From Spirochaetia bacterium (GTDB taxonomy: Bacteria > Spirochaetota > Spirochaetia > SZUA-6 > Bin103): 64,000 nt of DNA. The DNA lies in the NCBI GenBank assembly GCA_965203515.1, contig OZ241907.1, positions 2,496,001 through 2,560,000 of the forward strand. The letters are read 5' to 3'. The position numbers and the translations under genes are program-made. Positions 59,440 through 64,000 of the stretch are shown one piece after another; the stretch's first letter is position 1; each line of letters starts with the position of its first letter. The notes under the pieces are model-generated. The model saw only the letters and a list, made by a program, of their open reading frames with translations, searched no databases and had not been told where the DNA came from.

Positions 59440-62177
59440 GCGCTGAGCCAGTCCTTCCCCACGCCGATCTCGACCTCGATGGGGGCGGCCAGAGGCAGGG
59501 CGTCGCGCATCAGGCCGCGCACCAGCGGCACCACTTCGTCGCGTTCGTCGCGGTGCAGGTCGAACACCAGCTCGTCGTGGACCTGCAGGATCATCTGCGT
59601 GCGCAGGCTGCGGCGCGCGAGCTCGCGCGCGATGTCGATCATGGCGATCTTGATCATGTCGGCGGCGGTGCCCTGCACCGGCGCGTTGATGGCGATGCGT
59701 TCCGCGGCGGCGCGCGCGGTCCGGTTGCGGGAGTTGATGTCGCGCAGGAAGCGGCGGCGGCCCTTCAGGGTCTGCACGTATTCGGTGGCGTGGGCAAACG
59801 CGATCGCCTCGTCCATGTAGCCGCGGATCTTCGGATACTGCGTGAAGTAGCGCTCGATGATCTCGGCCGCTTCCCGGCGCGCGATGCGGAGGCGCTGCGC
59901 AAGCCCGAATGAGGACATGCCGTAGGCGATGCCGTAGTTGACCATCTTCGACTTGCTGCGCATCTCCAACGTGACTTGGTCCAACGGCACGCCGTACACG
60001 CGCGACGCGGTGGCGGCGTGGATGTCGACGTCGGTGCTGAGGTCCTCCAGCATCGACTCCTCGCCCGCGATCGACGCCAGGATGCGCAGCTCGATCTGCG
60101 AATAGTCAGCCGACAGCAGCAGGTAGTCCGGTCCGCGCGGCACGAACGCGCGCCGTATCTCCCGCCCCTTGGCGGTGCGGATCGGGATGTTCTGCAGGTT
60201 CGGGCCCTCGGAGTTCAGCCGCCCCGTGGCCGCCGCCAACTGATTGAAGGTGGTGTGGATGCGGCCGGTCCGCGGCTCTACCGCCGCCGGCAGCGTGTCG
60301 ACGTAGGTCGACTTGAGCTTCTGCACGATGCGGTAGTCGAGCAGCATCGGGATCACCGGATGGCGGTCGGCGTAGCGCGAGAGCTGCTGCTCGTTGGTCA
60401 TGTACTGGCCGGTGCGGGTCTTCTTGGGGTTGGGATCTATCTGCAGCCGGTCGAACAGGATCTCGCCGAGCTGCTTGGGCGAGTTGAGGTTGAACTCGCC
60501 GCCCGCCGCCTCGTAGATGCTCCGCTCCAGCCCGACGATCTCCGCGCCGAGCTGGTCGGCGTACTCGCGCAGCACGTCGACGTCGACGGTGACCCCGGCG
60601 CGCTCCATGTCGACCAACACGCCGATCAGCGGGCTCTCGATCTCGTTGCAGACCCCCTCGTACTCGGCGTCGGCCAGCTCCGCGGCGAGTGCGGCCTGCA
60701 GGCGCAGCGCTACGTCGGCCGCCTCCGCCGCGTAGTCGGCCAGACGCTGCGGATCGACCTGCAGCAGGGGCAACTGGTCCTTTCCGTCCCCGCCGACCAG
60801 CGAGGCGAGCGGAATCGGCGAGTAGCCCAGGTAGCGCTCGGCGAGCTGGTCGAGCTGGTGCCGTCCCTCCTGATCGATCAGGCTGTGCATGACGTGCGTG
60901 TCGCGGACCGCGCCGCGCAGGGCCGTGTCGTGCCACGCCAGGACGCTCATGGCGTGCTTGAGGTAGTGGCCGACCTTGGCCACCGCCTCCGACTCGAACA
61001 CCGGGCGCAGGTCGTCGAGCGCCTGCCGACAGCCGGCGTCGTCGCCGACCGGGAACGGCGCCCAGGTCGCCGCGTGCGGCGCGGCGCAGAAGGCCACGCC
61101 GGCGATCGCCGCCCGCTTGGGATCGGTCGCCGTGCTCTGCAGGGCGATCGCCACCGACTCCTGCCCGAGCAACGCGGCGGCCAGCGCCCGCCGCTCCGGC
61201 GCAGTCGCGGCGATGCGGTAGTCGTGCTCGGTATCGTCGATGGTCGCCAGGCCGCGCGCCGCGGGGGCTTCGGCGCCGGCATCGCCGAACAGCCGTTCCT
61301 TCAACACGCGGAATTCCAGCCGGTCGAAGATGGCGATGGTGGCGTCCGGGTCGGGGTCGCGGCGCGCGAACCGGTCCAGGTCGACCTGTACCGGGATGTC
61401 GACGTCGATCGTCGCCAAGCGCTTGGACAGCAGCGCCTGCTCCCCGTACTGCTCGATCCGCTGGCGCTGCCTGCCCTTCAGGTCGCCGGTGCGCGCGACC
61501 AACTCCTCGACCGTCCCGAACTGCGCCAGCAGCTTCTGCGCGGTCTTGTCGCCGACGCCGGGCACCCCCGGTATGTTGTCGACCGAGTCGCCCACCAGCG
61601 CCAGCATGTCGACGACCTGCGGCACCCGGGCGATGCCCCAGCGCTCACGCACCTCGGCCGGACCGTAGATCGACGGCGGGCTGCCCGGCGTGCGGCTCAG
61701 TCGGTACAGCGTGGTCCGGTCGGTGACGAGTTGCGCCAGATCCTTGTCCGGCGTCACCAGAACCGTGCGGAAGCCGGCCGCCTCGGCCTGACCGGCGATG
61801 GTGCCGATGACGTCGTCGGCCTCCGCGTCCGGCCAAGTGATCTCCGGGATGCGCAGCGCCGCGGTGATGGCGCGCACGTCGTCGAGCGATGCGAGCATCT
61901 CCTCCGGCGCCTTCTCCCGCTGCGCCTTGTACTCGCCGTACTCGTCGTGGCGGCGGTTGCGGCCGGCGCCGTCGAACACCACCGCCATGTGCGTCGGCCG
62001 CTCCTCCTCGATGATCTTGACCAGCGAGTTGGTGTAGCCGAACGCGGCCGAGGTGTTGACGCCGCGAGACGTCAGCCGCGGGTTGGACAGAAAGACGAAG
62101 TACGCCTGATAGACGATCGGCATGCCGTCGATCAGGAACAGCCGGCCCCCGTCGCCGACGGTCCGGTCGTCGCTCAC
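59433..62177 (-). CDS. polA: DNA polymerase I
   Basis: 5'-nuclease (FLIDG, EADD, DKD, GDSVDNIPGVPGVG) and polymerase motifs (DYSQIELR, K.VNYG..YG, QVHDELVF). Confidence 0.98.
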   Translation of the reverse strand: MSDDRTVGDGGRLFLIDGMPIVYQAYFVFLSNPRLTSRGVNTSAAFGYTNSLVKIIEEERPTHMAVVFDGAGRNRRHDEYGEYKAQREKAPEEMLASLDDVRAITAALRIPEITWPDAEADDVIGTIAGQAEAAGFRTVLVTPDKDLAQLVTDRTTLYRLSRTPGSPPSIYGPAEVRERWGIARVPQVVDMLALVGDSVDNIPGVPGVGDKTAQKLLAQFGTVEELVARTGDLKGRQRQRIEQYGEQALLSKRLATIDVDIPVQVDLDRFARRDPDPDATIAIFDRLEFRVLKERLFGDAGAEAPAARGLATIDDTEHDYRIAATAPERRALAAALLGQESVAIALQSTATDPKRAAIAGVAFCAAPHAATWAPFPVGDDAGCRQALDDLRPVFESEAVAKVGHYLKHAMSVLAWHDTALRGAVRDTHVMHSLIDQEGRHQLDQLAERYLGYSPIPLASLVGGDGKDQLPLLQVDPQRLADYAAEAADVALRLQAALAAELADAEYEGVCNEIESPLIGVLVDMERAGVTVDVDVLREYADQLGAEIVGLERSIYEAAGGEFNLNSPKQLGEILFDRLQIDPNPKKTRTGQYMTNEQQLSRYADRHPVIPMLLDYRIVQKLKSTYVDTLPAAVEPRTGRIHTTFNQLAAATGRLNSEGPNLQNIPIRTAKGREIRRAFVPRGPDYLLLSADYSQIELRILASIAGEESMLEDLSTDVDIHAATASRVYGVPLDQVTLEMRSKSKMVNYGIAYGMSSFGLAQRLRIARREAAEIIERYFTQYPKIRGYMDEAIAFAHATEYVQTLKGRRRFLRDINSRNRTARAAAERIAINAPVQGTAADMIKIAMIDIARELARRSLRTQMILQVHDELVFDLHRDERDEVVPLVRGLMRDALPLAAPIEVEIGVGKDWLSAH

Positions 62178-62181
62178 GCCG

Positions 62182-62709
62182 TCAGGTTACTTCCCCGCCC
62201 CGCGCCATCACAACTTTGCCGGTGCGCACCATCTCGATGATCCCGAACTTGTTGAGCATGCCGAGCAGCGCGTCGACCTTCTCCGACGACCCCGCGCACT
62301 TGAGGATCATCGACTGCTCGGTCAGATCCTCCGTGCTGCAGTCGAAGTGATCGCAGAGCTGCAGCGCCTCCGTGCGCTGATCCGAGGCGCAGGCGATCTT
62401 CACCAGCGCCAGCTCCTGCACTACGGCGCGGTCGAAGGTGTGGTCGAAGCAGTGGATCACGTCGACCAGCTTGTTGACCCCCTTGATGATCTGATCCAGC
62501 CCGTGCGGATCGCCGGAGGCGCCGATCGTCATCCGCGAATAGGCGCCGTCCCGCGCCGGCGAGACCACCAGCGACTCGATGTTGTAGGCGCGGCGCGCGA
62601 ACACCTGCGCGATGCGGGCCAGGACACCGGGCTTGTTGGCGACCAGAGCGCTCAACGTGTGGACCGGCTGCTCCTCCGTCGGGCCGCCCACACGGCCGTT
62701 CGCCGCCAT
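62182..62709 (-). CDS. ilvN: Acetolactate synthase small (regulatory) subunit
   Basis: HTLSALVANKPGVLARI..F.RR.YNIESL, QELALVK, EMVRTG. Confidence 0.94.
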   Translation of the reverse strand: MAANGRVGGPTEEQPVHTLSALVANKPGVLARIAQVFARRAYNIESLVVSPARDGAYSRMTIGASGDPHGLDQIIKGVNKLVDVIHCFDHTFDRAVVQELALVKIACASDQRTEALQLCDHFDCSTEDLTEQSMILKCAGSSEKVDALLGMLNKFGIIEMVRTGKVVMARGGEVT

Positions 62710-64000
62710 CAGGTCGATCCCACCGGCTTGGCCAGCTTGGTGCGCGGCCGGTCGATGATCATGGTCTCCAGCGGCTGGCCCGAGGGGATCATGGGGTAGA
62801 CGTTGTCGGCCTTTTCCACCTGGGCATTGATGACGACCGGACCGTCCTGGTACTCCAGCGCCCTGGTCAGGACCTTGCGCACATCGCCGGGGCGCCGCAG
62901 GTTGAGCCCCACGGCGCCGAACGCCTGCGCCAGCTTGGCGAAGTCCGGGTTGCCCTTCAGGTCCACGCCGCTCTCCCGCTCGTCGTAGAAGAGCTCCTGC
63001 CACTGCCGGACCATGCCCAGGTAGTGGTTGTTGAGCACGATCACCTTGATCGGCAGCTTGTGGACGCAGGCGGTGGCCAGCTCCGCCATGGTCATCTGAA
63101 AGCCGCCGTCGCCCACGATCGCCAGCACCAGGGCGTCGGGCCGGCCGAACTGCGCGCCGATCGCCGCCGGAAAGCCGAATCCCATGCTGCCGGCGCCGCC
63201 GGACGACAGCCAGTTGTCGGGATGATCGGTCAGGTAGAACTGCGCCGCCCACATCTGGTGCTGGCCGACGTCGCTGGAGACGATCGCGCGACCGCCGGTC
63301 AGGTGGTACAGCTCGTCGATCACGTGCTGCATCTTCAGCCCGCCCTGCTTGCGGTACTTCAGCGGATAGCGCCGCTTGTAGCCGTCCAGCGTGGCCAGCC
63401 ACTCCTCGGTCTCCAGCCGACCGACGTGCTTGATCAGCTCCTCCAGCGCCACGCGCGCGTCGGCCACGCAGGACAGGTCGGGCTCGATCATCTTGCCGAT
63501 CTCACCCTCGTCGATGTCGATGTGGATCTTGGTCGCGTTCAGGCAGAACTTGCTTGGGTCGCCGACGATGCGATCGTCGAAGCGCGATCCGACCGACATG
63601 ATCAGGTCGCACTCCATTACCGCCTTGTTCGCGTAGGCGGTGCCGTGCATGCCGAGCATGCCGAGCGACAACGGGTGGGTCTCCGGGAACGCCCCCTTGC
63701 CCAACAGCGTCGTGGTCACCGGCGCGTGCAGCTTTTCGGCCAGCGTGCGCACCGCTTCATGCGCGCCCGAGATCAGGGCGCCGTGCCCGATCAGCAGCAC
63801 CGGCCGGCGCGCGTTGCCCAGCGCCTCCGCGATGGCGTGGATCGACTCCCGGTCGGTCAGCTCCGGCACCTGATAGCCGGGCAGGTCCAGATCGGGCTCC
63901 ATGGAGCCGAGGAACGGCCCCTGGCTGACGTTCTTGGGCACGTCGATGAGCACCGGACCCGGGCGGCCGCTGGTGGCGATGTGCACCGCCTCCCGCACGA
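62709..64000 (-). CDS. ilvB: Acetolactate synthase large subunit (5' end outside the window)
   Basis: GRPGPVLID.P, GMLGMHG, RFDDR, DVGQHQMW, GDGGFQM, NN.YLGMVRQWQ. Confidence 0.96.
   Translation of the reverse strand, partial: VREAVHIATSGRPGPVLIDVPKNVSQGPFLGSMEPDLDLPGYQVPELTDRESIHAIAEALGNARRPVLLIGHGALISGAHEAVRTLAEKLHAPVTTTLLGKGAFPETHPLSLGMLGMHGTAYANKAVMECDLIMSVGSRFDDRIVGDPSKFCLNATKIHIDIDEGEIGKMIEPDLSCVADARVALEELIKHVGRLETEEWLATLDGYKRRYPLKYRKQGGLKMQHVIDELYHLTGGRAIVSSDVGQHQMWAAQFYLTDHPDNWLSSGGAGSMGFGFPAAIGAQFGRPDALVLAIVGDGGFQMTMAELATACVHKLPIKVIVLNNHYLGMVRQWQELFYDERESGVDLKGNPDFAKLAQAFGAVGLNLRRPGDVRKVLTRALEYQDGPVVINAQVEKADNVYPMIPSGQPLETMIIDRPRTKLAKPVGST

Noticed and set aside
59976..62240. Long antisense/alternative-frame ORFs (e.g. 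59976..62240 +, 45492..47552 -, 18183..20558 +, 24678..26612 -, 16192..18198 +)
   Set aside because: Shadow ORFs expected at very high GC; Arg/Ala/Pro-rich, motif-free and opposite well-supported genes

Overview
High-GC bacterial chromosome window, most likely from a Spirochaetota member. This is an inference from the short AlaRS lacking C-Ala, the spirochaete-type LysM lipoprotein C-terminus and the 'AWAAGTEE' solute-binding protein N-terminus. Sel1 and BNR-propeller proteins and a vanadium haloperoxidase hint at a host-associated marine lifestyle. Most of the window is housekeeping: argR, hisC, tRNA-Phe, asnS, alaS, hisB, coaE, aroDE, ndk, aroC, polA, ilvN, partial ilvB and several ABC transporters. 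A complete nitrogen-assimilation cluster (24.7-33.7 kb) contains a GAF-AAA+-HTH sigma54 activator, amtB, glnK, an ACT-domain glnE split by a frameshift, and glnA. Both of its sigma54 promoters carry an identical architecture of two TAC-N6-GTA palindromes exactly 30 bp apart. There are two lower-GC accessory patches. The first (5.9-10.4 kb) has an ABC/AAA_21 ATPase with a DUF4276-like partner, a short hexapeptide-repeat ORF and a 14-repeat propeller. The second (53-59.4 kb) has a HicA-like toxin-antitoxin pair, an uncharacterised coupled two-gene glycine-zipper + nuclease-like membrane module, a decayed IS3 and a Sel1 protein. Many genes have a TANNNT box 5-10 nt before the start codon and no Shine-Dalgarno, suggesting widespread leaderless transcription. 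All family assignments come from motif recognition by eye; no searches were run.
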